From: Thermoproteota archaeon
Lineage (GTDB): Archaea; Korarchaeota; Korarchaeia; Korarchaeales; Korarchaeaceae
Length of the DNA: 64,000 nt
Assembly: GCA_026986575.1 (NCBI GenBank)
Contig: JALSOH010000004.1
Location: 800,001-864,000, forward strand
Direction of reading: 5' to 3'
Below the pieces are notes generated by a model. The model searched no databases. It had not been told where the DNA came from and saw nothing but the letters and a program-made list of their open reading frames with translations. Within the stretch, counting starts at the first letter, position 1; every line of letters begins with the position of its first letter. Made by a program: the position numbers and the translations under genes. Below are positions 10,842-20,373 of this stretch, one piece after another.

Positions 10842-13055
10842 ATGACCTCGAGATTACGGAAATTTCTCATTACAATAGTTCTGGCTGCAGTGATCTTCTT
10901 GATCGTGGGATCTCCGAAGAGCCCGACGCCTCCCTCCCCCTCAGCAACCTCTAAAGGTAATACATCCGCACATCCACTGACCACGGGTTGGATGATGGGT
11001 AATTGGAAGCTTGGATCGATACCCAGCTCAGGGAAGTTCCCTAGAGCAGGAAAGATGGAGCTGGTATGGGAACCCGCCAACTGGAGTGGTCCTCCAAAGG
11101 GGAGAGACGATCTCATAAATCCACAGATAATAGATGAACTGGGAGTCAATGAGAAGATCCTCTTCGACAGGGGATTCGCCCTGATTAAATGGGGCGAGAC
11201 TGGAGATTTTTCCATCGCCTACTCTAGGCTCAAGAGGTTCCCCATCTATGTGACGGTGGACACCTTCCTCCACGCCTATCACGTGCAGTTCGATTCAATA
11301 CTGGCTGAGATAGAGGAGGACTACCTCTTCGACGATCTCTTGAACCTAACCAACCGGATGCTGGAGCATAGCAGCACGGACGTACTGAAGGTCGGAGATC
11401 CGGCTCTCATGAACTTAGCCTACTTTTCTGTCGGCAGGAAGCTCTTGGATCCGGACTTCAATCCACCGGAGGAGGTGGCTAACTTAGTGGAGGAGGAGTT
11501 GGGTCTCATCAAAAGGGGGAAAATAGGGATGAGCCCAATTTTCGGATACAGGGAGGATTACAGTCAATACAGGCCTAGAGGACACTACACCAGATCGGAG
11601 AAGCTGAAGAGGTACTTCAGGGCTATGATGTGGTATGGGAGGATGGCATTCCTCCTCAGGAAGGGGTTGGTTGATGAAGAACGATCCAGAGAGCTGACAG
11701 TTCGCGCATCACTAATCGCCGCTGACCTCTCTTCAGATAGAAAAGATTCCGATATCTGGAGCAGGATCTACACAGTTACCTCTTTTTTCGTGGGGCTCGC
11801 GGATGATTATACCCCTTACGATTACTTGGAGGCGCTCAAGTCATTGTTCGACGGTACCCTCACCTTGGAACAGCTGAACTCCCTCAGAGAGGACGGACCC
11901 ATCGGGAAACTCAGGGAAGAGCTGATGAAGAGAGGGAAACCGAGGATATACGGAGGGACTGGAGTCTGCGAGGTGAGGCCCCCCATAACAGAGGAGATGC
12001 TGGAGAAATGCTTGGCTAGATCGGCGGGCATGAGATTCATGGGGAGGAGATTCGTGCCCGACTCTTACGCCTTCCAGAGGCTGGTAGCTCCGTCAGTGGG
12101 CCTCTATACTGGCCGGGATAAGCCCTTCACCTTGGTGATAACACAGATCGGCCCAGCGAGGGGTTTCCCACGTGGACTGGATTGGTTAGCTGTTATGGGG
12201 AGTGATAGGGCCTTAGAGATAGTGAAGGAGGAGGGAGATGCGAGCTACGATGGGTACGAGGAAAGGTTGAAGGAGCTCAGGGAGGAGTTCTCCTCCGTCG
12301 ACTGGTCTAGGAATCTCTACTGGTCGTGGTTGGACACTCTCCGACTTCTAATCGAGGAGAGGGGTGAGGGATATCCACCGTACATGAGGTCCAAGGCTTG
12401 GTTGGACAGGCAGCTGCAAACAGCACTGGCATCGTGGGCTGAGCTGAGGCATGACACCATACTCTACGCCAAGCAGAGCTACACGCCGAAGCTCACTGCA
12501 GCGCCTCCTCCTGCCGAACTTGGCGCAGTGGAGCCGCTTCCCCATGTATACGGGAGGCTCGAGTCCTTGGTCAATCAGACGATAGAAGGCCTCGAGGAGA
12601 TGGGCTATCTGAGCCAAGAAGCGAGGATCAGACTTGAGATCCTCGCGCAGGCGCTCAAGACTGCTAGGGAAATTTCGATGAAGGAACTAAGTGGAGAACC
12701 GCTGAACGCGAGCGACCTCTACTTCATAGGGAATTTTGCGGATGTGATGGACTCCATCATGATGGGACTGGATGAGAGGGCAAAGAGTACGGTGCTCGTG
12801 GCTGATGTGCACACCGATCTGAACAGCGGTGAGGTGTTGGAGGAGGCTGTGGGCAAACTGGACCTGATAGTCGTCGCTTTCCCAACCCCGAACGGGACGG
12901 CTTTGATGGTGGGACCGATCCTCTCCTACTACGAGTTCAGGCACCCCATGACCGACAGGCTCACCGACGAGAAGTGGTCGGAGATGCTAGATAACCCGCC
13001 CAAGCAATTCCCTTGGCAAGAGAGGCTGTATCATGGGAGACCTGCCCTACCTTAG
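10842..13055 (+). CDS. DUF3160-family membrane-anchored extracellular protein
   Basis: N-terminal TM segment; VTVDTFLHAYH, EDYSQYRPRGHY, YFRAMMWYGR, ASWAELRHDTILYAKQ, LVADVHT. Confidence 0.85.
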   Translation: MTSRLRKFLITIVLAAVIFLIVGSPKSPTPPSPSATSKGNTSAHPLTTGWMMGNWKLGSIPSSGKFPRAGKMELVWEPANWSGPPKGRDDLINPQIIDELGVNEKILFDRGFALIKWGETGDFSIAYSRLKRFPIYVTVDTFLHAYHVQFDSILAEIEEDYLFDDLLNLTNRMLEHSSTDVLKVGDPALMNLAYFSVGRKLLDPDFNPPEEVANLVEEELGLIKRGKIGMSPIFGYREDYSQYRPRGHYTRSEKLKRYFRAMMWYGRMAFLLRKGLVDEERSRELTVRASLIAADLSSDRKDSDIWSRIYTVTSFFVGLADDYTPYDYLEALKSLFDGTLTLEQLNSLREDGPIGKLREELMKRGKPRIYGGTGVCEVRPPITEEMLEKCLARSAGMRFMGRRFVPDSYAFQRLVAPSVGLYTGRDKPFTLVITQIGPARGFPRGLDWLAVMGSDRALEIVKEEGDASYDGYEERLKELREEFSSVDWSRNLYWSWLDTLRLLIEERGEGYPPYMRSKAWLDRQLQTALASWAELRHDTILYAKQSYTPKLTAAPPPAELGAVEPLPHVYGRLESLVNQTIEGLEEMGYLSQEARIRLEILAQALKTAREISMKELSGEPLNASDLYFIGNFADVMDSIMMGLDERAKSTVLVADVHTDLNSGEVLEEAVGKLDLIVVAFPTPNGTALMVGPILSYYEFRHPMTDRLTDEKWSEMLDNPPKQFPWQERLYHGRPALP

Positions 13056-13109
13056 GCTCCTACCTTGTCAACCTGTAGTGGATAAATTAATCGCCGAGGT
13101 GGTCACAAG

Positions 13110-13907
13110 GTGAGCAACTTGGTCAGGGAGGCCAAGAGAGAGGATCGCCCCCATGTGGAGGAGATAGCGAGGCTCACGTGGGAGGGTCACGATTACCTAC
13201 CTCGGGTTTTCGACTCGTGGCTCGAGGACGGCCATTTCTACGTGATCGAGGAGGACGGCAAGGTCGTGGCCACTGCCAAGCTAACCCTGCTCCCTTGCGG
13301 CGTGGGGTGGATGGAGGGCCTCAGGGTTCACCCGTCTTACAGGGGAAGGGGGCTTGCTAGAGCCCTTCACGAGTTCCTGATATCGGTAGGAAGGGAGATG
13401 TCCTCCAGAGGAGAACTTAGAAGCCTCATGTACGCCACTTACGTGAAGAACGAGGCGAGCATACATCTGGGAGAGGTTACCGGCTTCAGGGTGGTTAAGA
13501 GGTTCTATCACCTCTCCAAGGAGCCCGAGAGACCGGGAGTCGAGATAAGGGAGGTGGAGCCCAGACTACCTCAGCTGTACCTAGTGCCCGTTGGCTGGAG
13601 GTTCGTGAGGAGGTGCGGTGACACGCTGGACTGGTTGAAGGAACGCGTTAGGGCTTACGAGGACGGCTCCGGGTTCTTCGTACCTAAGGAGCCCACCACG
13701 TCCTTCACGCCCTTCGATTACGGTGAAGTGATCGAGGCATTGAAGGGTATGGAGGAGCTGGCATCGCGGGAGCGGAGGAAGGTCAACATAATGGTCCCTG
13801 AGGAGAGGTCTGAGGTAGTTAGCAAGCTAAGAGAGGCCGGATTCTCGCAATGGGAGCTTGAGGAACCGGATATACTCGTCTTTGAGCTGGATCTCCTGAT
13901 GACATGA
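13110..13907 (+). CDS. GNAT-family N-acetyltransferase
   Basis: DYLPRVFDSW, WMEGLRVHPSYRGRGLA, NEAS..L...GF. Confidence 0.85.
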   Translation: MSNLVREAKREDRPHVEEIARLTWEGHDYLPRVFDSWLEDGHFYVIEEDGKVVATAKLTLLPCGVGWMEGLRVHPSYRGRGLARALHEFLISVGREMSSRGELRSLMYATYVKNEASIHLGEVTGFRVVKRFYHLSKEPERPGVEIREVEPRLPQLYLVPVGWRFVRRCGDTLDWLKERVRAYEDGSGFFVPKEPTTSFTPFDYGEVIEALKGMEELASRERRKVNIMVPEERSEVVSKLREAGFSQWELEEPDILVFELDLLMT

Positions 13908-14146
13908 GGGGAAACCTCTCAGCGATACTGGAGCCGTCTTATAAATGTAAAATCTATATTACCGAGATCTGAGGAAGATTAGGATTATGTTAAAGGATAG
14001 TACAGAGAACGAAGCCAGCGCAACTATTATATGAACTAATATTTAGGGAGAACAGTTCACTACGGTACGGATGCCAACTCTTCGAACGGAGAGTACTACA
14101 TAGCTGAGGATGCTCTTAAGGATGTGACGCAGGGGGATCCGAATTC

Positions 14147-14677
14147 CTACTTTATCCCTAGCCTCTCCTTTATTAGAGCCACATCCCTCTCTAAAGTCGC
14201 CAACCTCTCATCTAAGATGGACTTCAGGTCCCTCCTCACTCCCTTAATCTCCTTCAGCGTCTCATCCTGCTTCTGGACCATGATTCCTTGATTCCGAATC
14301 ATCGTCTGCTGGTTCTGCTTGCTCTCCTCCCTAAAGGCCCTCAGCTCCTGTATCATGGCCAGCCCTACCTCGATCATCTTCCCAAGCTGGAGGGTCGTGA
14401 AGTAAGATCTGAACATCTCTATGTCCTTCACGGGACCCTCATAATCCTCGAAGGTTACTCTTTAGACTTGGGCCCCCTCAGAAGCTATTAACCTGACATC
14501 AGATTCGAAAGCCTTGACTGCCTCCTCATCTCCCTCGTACAGGGCCTCCACTACGTTCTTCCCAACGTTTCGAGCCTGGAAACCAGTCAGATCATGCTCA
14601 CTTGCCAGGTTGAGGAGGAACATGCGGTAGCCTATGTCTTGGACCCTCTCCCCCTCGATGATAAGCCTCCTCTTCAT
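14147..14677 (-). pseudogene. Acylphosphatase-like domain + coiled-coil tail, single nonsense codon
   Basis: GERVQDIGYR...GFQARN motif; the TAA at 14464-14462 is in frame, and reading on (RVTFEDYEGPVKDI...) joins ORF 14147-14431. Confidence 0.8.
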
Positions 14678-15182
14678 CGATTTAGGTATCTACGGGAGCT
14701 TATTTAAGGGTTCCCAGTCGTTCGACATATTCAGGATGGTTAATGAAAGTTTTGGTGGGCAAGGGAGATGGGGCTAGGTAGGTGCGATGTCAGCTGCTGC
14801 TTAAGGCCGCCAAATGCCATCGTGCCGTTCCAATAGCATGATCCTCGATCAATCGCCTGCGTGAGCATGACGCACGCATGCTTAAATATCTAAACTAAGT
14901 TGATGAGGAATCTCGGGTCAGAATTCAAATATTTTTAAAATTAATGGGTTCAATAGTTGTATACGTGTCGTGACAACCTGTCTCCTAGCGAGGATTTCAA
15001 TGTCATCCCCCCGGACTCTATGCCACCGAGAACGTTACCCTAAAGACGATGAGAGTTGCGAGATCTGAGAGATAGGACCTATGAAACGGATTAAGACCTT
15101 AAATGGGGGCGGATAGTCCCCCCTCAGCTCACTAAGTGCACACACCAGCACTAATTCTAAGACTATGATCTCTGGGATAGCA

Positions 15183-16322
15183 TCACCTCACTAGATCAAT
15201 GCCTTGCTCCAGTTCCCTCAGTAGGTCGCTGAACCTCCTGAGTCCCTCCCTCAACTCCTCTCCACTCCCTCCGAAGCCGATTCTGAAATGCCCTTCCATC
15301 TCGAAGCAGCATCCTGGAACGATGAAGACGCCCTTCTCCCTGATGAGGCGCAGGGCCAGCTCCTCAGAGGGCACATTCAGGTGATAGCGGGGGAAGGCCA
15401 CGGTCCCGGCCCGAGGAGGAACCCAGTCCACCAAGAGTTCGGACTCGACCCACTCCCTCAGAACCTCGAAGTTCTCCCTCACTATACTCAGATTCCTCTC
15501 GTATATCCTCTCCACGTTCTCCAAGGCCAGAAGGGCTAGGTGCTCCAGCAGGATGCTGGCGCTTATGGTGGTGTAGTCCCTGTGCCCCAGTAGCTCCTCC
15601 ATGACCTCTTCCCTCTTTGTAGCTATCCATCCCAGCCTGAGGCCCGTGAGGGAAAGTGACTTGGAGAACGACCTGGTCACCACCGCCCTGTCGCATAGAT
15701 CGAGCATCGAAGGGACTCTCTCCCCAGAGATCTCCAGACCGTAGTAGGATTCGTCAGCCAGAACGTAGGCACCGGCCTCCTCCGCCAAATTGCAAATCTC
15801 CTCGAGCGCGCGCCCATCCAAGAGGGCCCCAGTAGGGTTGTGCGGGTTGTTCACTACCATCATCTTCGCACCCTTCCCCACCAGCCTGGAGAGCTCGTCT
15901 AGGTCGGGCAGCCACCCATCAGCTTCCCTGAGATGGAGCAGCCTCACCTCGGCGCCAAAGGTCTTAGGCAGGCTGTAAAGCTGCTGATAAGCTGGGAAGA
16001 TCGATACGACCCTGTCACCCGGCTCGATCAAGCTGAAGAAGACGAGGAAATTGGCATCTATGGCCCCTCTCGTGATCAGCACGCCCTCCGGAGGTAGGTC
16101 CCTGTAAAGCTTAGCCACCCTCTCCCTGAGCTCGGGCAGCCCCTCCACGTACCCATAGGTGAGGGGGAGGTCCTTCAACTCCTCGAGGTAGTCTTCCCTC
16201 CCCACGAGCCTGAGGAACTCCCCCAGCGTGAAGGGCTTCACGCATGTCTCCGCGAGGTTCAGCTCGACATCATGCTCGTACTTACCCATGAACCTCTCGA
16301 CCAGAAAGGGATCTACCTTCAT
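15183..16322 (-). CDS. PLP-dependent aminotransferase class I/II
   Basis: NNPHNPTG, DESY, SFSKSLSLTGLRLGW, FRIGFG. Confidence 0.9.
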   Translation of the reverse strand: MKVDPFLVERFMGKYEHDVELNLAETCVKPFTLGEFLRLVGREDYLEELKDLPLTYGYVEGLPELRERVAKLYRDLPPEGVLITRGAIDANFLVFFSLIEPGDRVVSIFPAYQQLYSLPKTFGAEVRLLHLREADGWLPDLDELSRLVGKGAKMMVVNNPHNPTGALLDGRALEEICNLAEEAGAYVLADESYYGLEISGERVPSMLDLCDRAVVTRSFSKSLSLTGLRLGWIATKREEVMEELLGHRDYTTISASILLEHLALLALENVERIYERNLSIVRENFEVLREWVESELLVDWVPPRAGTVAFPRYHLNVPSEELALRLIREKGVFIVPGCCFEMEGHFRIGFGGSGEELREGLRRFSDLLRELEQGIDLVR

Positions 16323-16447
16323 CCCGATGCTCGACGGGGGATGCTAAAAAAAGGCGCGCGAGCTATCCCCTACTGATGGATCCCACCCGCTGATGAGGAT
16401 CACGATCAAGTGAGGAGCACACTGTCCAGTCCTTCTCGAGTGACACC

Positions 16448-16711
16448 TCATGGAGCCTCTGAGCCTCTCATCCGTCTGATTAATTCGCTCACGATTCCTT
16501 TGGCCTTCACCGGCTAGAAATTTAGTTCTATCTCCTTCTCATCATCTTTCTCATCTATCTAGCTCAAGATGTCTTCTATCTCAGTGTTAAGCTCCTCCCT
16601 TACGATCTCCCCAAGGAGCCTCGACGTCTAGATCCCTCTACTCTTCGCATGCGCCTTAAACCTCTCCCACAGCTCCCCATCTATATAGATGTCCGTCCTA
16701 ACCCTCTTCAT
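16448..16711 (-). pseudogene. Ribbon-helix-helix antitoxin-like gene with three in-frame amber codons and no frameshift
   Basis: MKRVRTDIYIDGELWERFKAHAKSRGI*TSRLLGEIVREELNTEIEDILS*IDEKDDEKEIELNF*PVKAKGIVSELIRRMRGSEAP; TATA-like CTTAATT about 30 nt upstream. Confidence 0.7.
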
Positions 16712-16825
16712 GAGTCCCGTTACCAAGTCGATCTTACCGAATTAAGTAGTTTAGGTTTGATCTCAGGCATCAGCCGGCATACCCGATCCCAACCTTGAGG
16801 CGGAGATATCGATCCTCCATTGAGA

Positions 16826-17248
16826 TCAAACCTCCCCGTGAGCCACGCTAACTATGAGAAGCTCCACGAATCCCTCCCCACGATGCCAGATGAAGGCCCT
16901 AACCCTCACCTTGGGCACCGACACTATAACGTAGAGGAAGCCGGGATGGGCCCTCTCCTCATCCATCCTTGAGGGAACAGCTTGGCCGAGGGGATGGCTG
17001 TGGTACGCACCGAGGATCTCAAGCCCCCTACTCTCAGCATCCATGAGGGCGTGATACATGTCGTCTGGATTTATCTCGTACCTAATAGGTGACTCCGCCG
17101 AGTTCCTCGTTGGATATGCTGCCCTAATGTTGAAAGACCCGTCACGGTCTCTCACACCAGCTAGGAGCCCGCATGCCTCGTTGGGGTACTCCCTGAGGGC
17201 ATGCTCGATCACGCGTCTCCTGACGCCCTCTGGTAGGAAGACCCGCAT
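16826..17248 (-). CDS. JAMM/MPN+ (M67) metallo-isopeptidase, desampylase/Mec-like
   Basis: EACGLL and YHSHP....PS..D motifs. Confidence 0.9.
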   Translation of the reverse strand: MRVFLPEGVRRRVIEHALREYPNEACGLLAGVRDRDGSFNIRAAYPTRNSAESPIRYEINPDDMYHALMDAESRGLEILGAYHSHPLGQAVPSRMDEERAHPGFLYVIVSVPKVRVRAFIWHRGEGFVELLIVSVAHGEV

Positions 17249-17302
17249 CCCATCTCTTCCCCGCCGTCCAACTTTAATATCCCCTTAACGATCTTCCATC
17301 AC

Positions 17303-17367
17303 GGGGCGATGAGGCTGGAGGGGACATCTGATAACGGGGTGATGAGACACCCCTCAGGCTGAGCCCC
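17303..17367 (+). ncRNA. Box C/D-type small RNA
   Basis: GGGGC/GCCCC ends; C box GCGATGA 17306-12, D' CTGA 17328-31, C' GTGATGA 17339-45, D CTGA 17359-62; TATA TTTAATA at 17273-79. Confidence 0.75.
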
Positions 17368-17923
17368 CCTGACTGGGCGTAGAAGGGGAAGGGTATTGGA
17401 TGGTCTCCTTTCCTCGGACAAACCCGTAGAGGACTTTAAGGAGACCGTATAAGGAGGTCAAGTGGACCGCGATCACTACGGAGGTCAAGACGAGGGAGGA
17501 GACGAAGAAGAGGGGATCAATGGGTACCGCTGGAAGGGAGGGAATCCCCGGAGCGATGGAAGAGATGACGACGAGCGACTTCCCTACCCTCCCCAGTCCC
17601 CTCCAGACGCGCACGAACCAAGATGCCTCCAGATATATCACGGCTAGTGGGAGGATCGTCGAAAGACCCTTTATTCCGCAGACGCCTGCAAAACAGAGGA
17701 TCGTTCCTATCATGCTCCAAGGAAGTGCGAGGATAACCATAGCTGGCCATATGGACAGGGGTTTGAGCAGATCGTAGAGGGGAGGGGGCTCAGTCCCGGG
17801 AACGTCGTCCACGAAAGCGTAAGCCTGTATCTGGCCTCCTACAAGGATGAACGCGAGGATAAGGGTGAGGACAATCGAGGAGGGGTCGGGGAGGACCCAC
17901 TCGAACCTCGGACTCATGCGCAT
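17354..17923 (-). CDS. Hypothetical multi-pass membrane protein
   Basis: Several hydrophobic segments; start chosen from TATA-like CTTATAAG at ~17948-17955. Confidence 0.6.
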   Translation of the reverse strand: MRMSPRFEWVLPDPSSIVLTLILAFILVGGQIQAYAFVDDVPGTEPPPLYDLLKPLSIWPAMVILALPWSMIGTILCFAGVCGIKGLSTILPLAVIYLEASWFVRVWRGLGRVGKSLVVISSIAPGIPSLPAVPIDPLFFVSSLVLTSVVIAVHLTSLYGLLKVLYGFVRGKETIQYPSPSTPSQGGSA

Positions 17924-18027
17924 GCCCGTTGACACGGGCATGCATCCCTTATAAGCTCGGCGGGACATCCGAGTGGGGGTCAGCCTCTTTACACAAAAGG
18001 TAATATAGGGGGTCCGTTGGATCCCCC

Positions 18028-18393
18028 GTGCGAGGCAGGGTCAAGGTCACGATATACGGTCTCTTCCCCACAGTCTACTTCACCGCAGCGCCCTGCTGCC
18101 GCTTCACCACCCCTGAGGAGGAGAGGTACGGCGCTGAGCAGCTGCAAGAGTACCCTTGGTGGATGGTGCACGACCTGAGGCAAGCCGCTGCCCTAGTCGA
18201 GAGGCTCTCCAAGTACGGGGGGTCCGTGAGGGTGGAGCTTGTGAGCGCGGACTCCCTCAAGGGGGTGTGGCTTTCACTGAGGTACGGGCTCGGGGGCGAG
18301 CCGGCCGTATTGGTGAACGGCTGGGTGTTCAAGGGCCCGGCCCTGGATCCGGACACTATTGAAGACTTCGTGAGACGCCTGCTGGGCTACTGA
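18028..18393 (+). CDS. Thioredoxin-fold-like hypothetical protein
   Basis: N-terminal PCC and C-terminal PAVLVNG, a cis-Pro-type motif. Confidence 0.6.
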   Translation: MRGRVKVTIYGLFPTVYFTAAPCCRFTTPEEERYGAEQLQEYPWWMVHDLRQAAALVERLSKYGGSVRVELVSADSLKGVWLSLRYGLGGEPAVLVNGWVFKGPALDPDTIEDFVRRLLGY

Positions 18394-18395
18394 AC

Positions 18396-18626
18396 TCATA
18401 TCTCCTCTATTTTGATGGCCTCCACCGGACAGGACATGGCCGCATTCTCAACGCATTCCTTCAGCTCATCGGGGACCTCTCCCACGGATAGACTGTCCGA
18501 CAGTTCCTTGCTATACTTGTCGACGACTCTGTTCTTACCTTCGAGCACGAAAACCTCTGAGCAGAGGGTGGGAGCCACTCCGCATGCTATACAGGATTCC
18601 CTATCCACTACGACTCTCAGGGTCAT
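18396..18626 (-). CDS. Monocluster ferredoxin
   Basis: VDRESCIACGVAPTLC...VF and AAMSCPVEAI. Confidence 0.85.
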   Translation of the reverse strand: MTLRVVVDRESCIACGVAPTLCSEVFVLEGKNRVVDKYSKELSDSLSVGEVPDELKECVENAAMSCPVEAIKIEEI

Positions 18627-18789
18627 ACTCGTATAAGTCCGTTATACATAATAAAGGTGAGCTTCCAGATAGATGTCGGAAAGATCGCCATCTGTTAGAT
18701 CCTAACCCCCACGAGTTAGGCTCTAACAGAACGTTTCGAGTGCGCTGGGAAACGGTAAAGGGGGATTCTTCTCTGGATCAGAGGTGATA

Positions 18790-19010
18790 GGGTCAGGGCT
18801 TTCCACCACACGGTGGATGCCTCGGCGGAGCTCTCTAAGAGGTTCCCAGTGGATCTGCATTTGCTGAATGAGGCACCCGCACTCTTCCTGTATCATGTCT
18901 TCACCGAGGGGAGGTCCCTTATTATCGAGGGGTGAGAGAGTGAGATCGGAGGTCTATACAGGGCCCTCAAGATGTACTTGGACTTTAAGGAGGGAATCAA
19001 GTCCTTGGGT
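18790..19010 (+). pseudogene. Remnant of a minimal nucleotidyltransferase (MNT) gene
   Basis: Fragments ...AELSKRFPVDLHLLNEAPALFLYHVFTEG... and RALKMYLDFK lie in different frames; the 5' half is lost. Confidence 0.55.
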
Positions 19011-19071
19011 AGAATTCGCTCGCATCGCGAGGCGGAGAAAAGCCTTCTACCTGCAAACGAAGAAGTTAGAC

Positions 19072-19480
19072 TTCATGGAATCAGAAGGGTTCGCAGCCTA
19101 TCCTCACTAGATCGCGTGGACTTAACCTCACACAGATGTACTCGCTGCCAGCGGATCCCACAACCCAGTCGAGGGAGATGAGGGCCCTGTCGATGTAGCA
19201 CGGCATGATACCGTGGAAGGCGAAGGAAGAGATGCTTCCCAGTTCGTATCCAAGGACGGAGAGGATCTCATCATGTCTCGCCAACCTTGGCCTCTTCAGC
19301 CCGGAGGCGGACCTCAATCTCCTCAGGTCAACCCTCCTGTCCCCCCGAGGTGATGACGAAGACGAAGTTCCCCCTCTCCACGAAGACTAGGGTCTTCAGG
19401 ACTCTATTGAGCGGAATGCCCGGGACTTGGCTGCCTCCTCCGAGGTCCTCCCGCTCACTCCATGCTAGATTATCTCTCCA
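19072..19480 (-). pseudogene. YbaK/EbsC (ProX) aminoacyl-tRNA editing-family remnant
   Basis: RVLKTLVF in one frame, then GDRRVDLRRL...LGYELGSIS.F...ID..L...VVGSAGS in another. Confidence 0.7.
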
Positions 19481-19679
19481 CCAATTCTTAGGGCCTCCAT
19501 CGTACGTAAGGCCCTCTTCACGGGATCCACATGCCCGAGCGTTCGGGCATAATATAATTAACCTAAGGAGACCGCGGACCATAGCATCGGCTGTTCCGCC
19601 CACCGGAGTTGTTCAACTCAAGATACTCACATCCGTAGACGGGCCCCATCTTTATTAGCCGGAACGGGCCTACTCACCG

Positions 19680-19994
19680 ATGCTCCCGATAGTAGTAGAG
19701 GCCTCCGCCTCTGAGTCGTGGCTGGACTCGGTGATAAAGTTCTCCCAGGAGCTCAGGTCCCACTTCGGCAGGAGGCTCCTCAGGGTCATAGCCCTTCCCA
19801 GCCCCGATCAGGAGGTCCACGACTCCAACGTCCTCGTGGTCCTCGACAGGTATGACCTGAGCGATGTGGATGCCGTTGTAGAGATCGCCTCCCGCGTCGA
19901 TGAGAGGATAAACCCCTTGGTCGCCAGTGCCGACGAGGAGGACGAGGTGGAGGCCTTCCTTCAAGCCGGTGGTAGGGATGTCCAAGCTGGTTAA
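19680..19994 (+). CDS. Degenerate MNT-like antitoxin
   Basis: MNT-like layout (LRSHFG..LLRVI...DSNVLVVLD...INPLV) without canonical GS/DxD; overlaps the HEPN gene. Confidence 0.6.
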   Translation: MLPIVVEASASESWLDSVIKFSQELRSHFGRRLLRVIALPSPDQEVHDSNVLVVLDRYDLSDVDAVVEIASRVDERINPLVASADEEDEVEAFLQAGGRDVQAG

Positions 19995-20340
19995 GTCTAG
20001 AGTCCTAATGGAGGAGGCAGAGAAGGACTTGGAGCACGGTTCTTACAACAAGGCCGTGTCCGCTTCCTACTTCGCCACTAGGTTACTGGTAGAGCATCTG
20101 ATAAGGGGTTTGAAGACCTCAAAGGACGACAAGATAGCTAATGCCCTCCAAAGGCGATTGGAGGAGAGGATAGGGGAGGAGAGAGCTCGAGATATAAAGG
20201 AGAGGTACCTCAAGCTCTTCATGAGGAGGAAGATCGCTGATCACAAACCCTATCTCTTCTCGAAGGACGAGGCGGAATGGACGGTGTTGGAAGCTAAGAG
20301 GCTGATGGAGGAGATAATGGAGGCCCTCTCCCCGAGGTGA
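19978..20340 (+). CDS. HEPN-domain protein
   Basis: AEKDL..G.YNKAVSASYFA and RKIADH (Rx4H). Confidence 0.8.
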   Translation: MSKLVKSRVLMEEAEKDLEHGSYNKAVSASYFATRLLVEHLIRGLKTSKDDKIANALQRRLEERIGEERARDIKERYLKLFMRRKIADHKPYLFSKDEAEWTVLEAKRLMEEIMEALSPR

Positions 20341-20373
20341 ATGCTTAAGTCCTGTTGGAACCTCCCAACCCAG

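Noticed and set aside
14768-15070. Cys-containing 22-aa micro-ORF and half C/D motifs (TTGATGA..CAGA, ACGATGA..CTGA)
   Set aside because: No modifying enzyme nearby and no complete box set; compatible with chance in a long intergenic region
16388-16415. Hammerhead ribozyme core at CTGATGA
   Set aside because: No GAAA after the putative stem II and no stems I/III
16448-16711. Genome-wide TAG reassignment (Pyl or Glu)
   Set aside because: Many intact genes end at TAG at their expected length (sqr, dsrE, PadR, SplB-like, vapC), and no pyl genes are in view
17305-17320. Fluoride riboswitch (GGCGATGAGGC start)
   Set aside because: The downstream pairing and pseudoknot elements are absent; C/D architecture fits better
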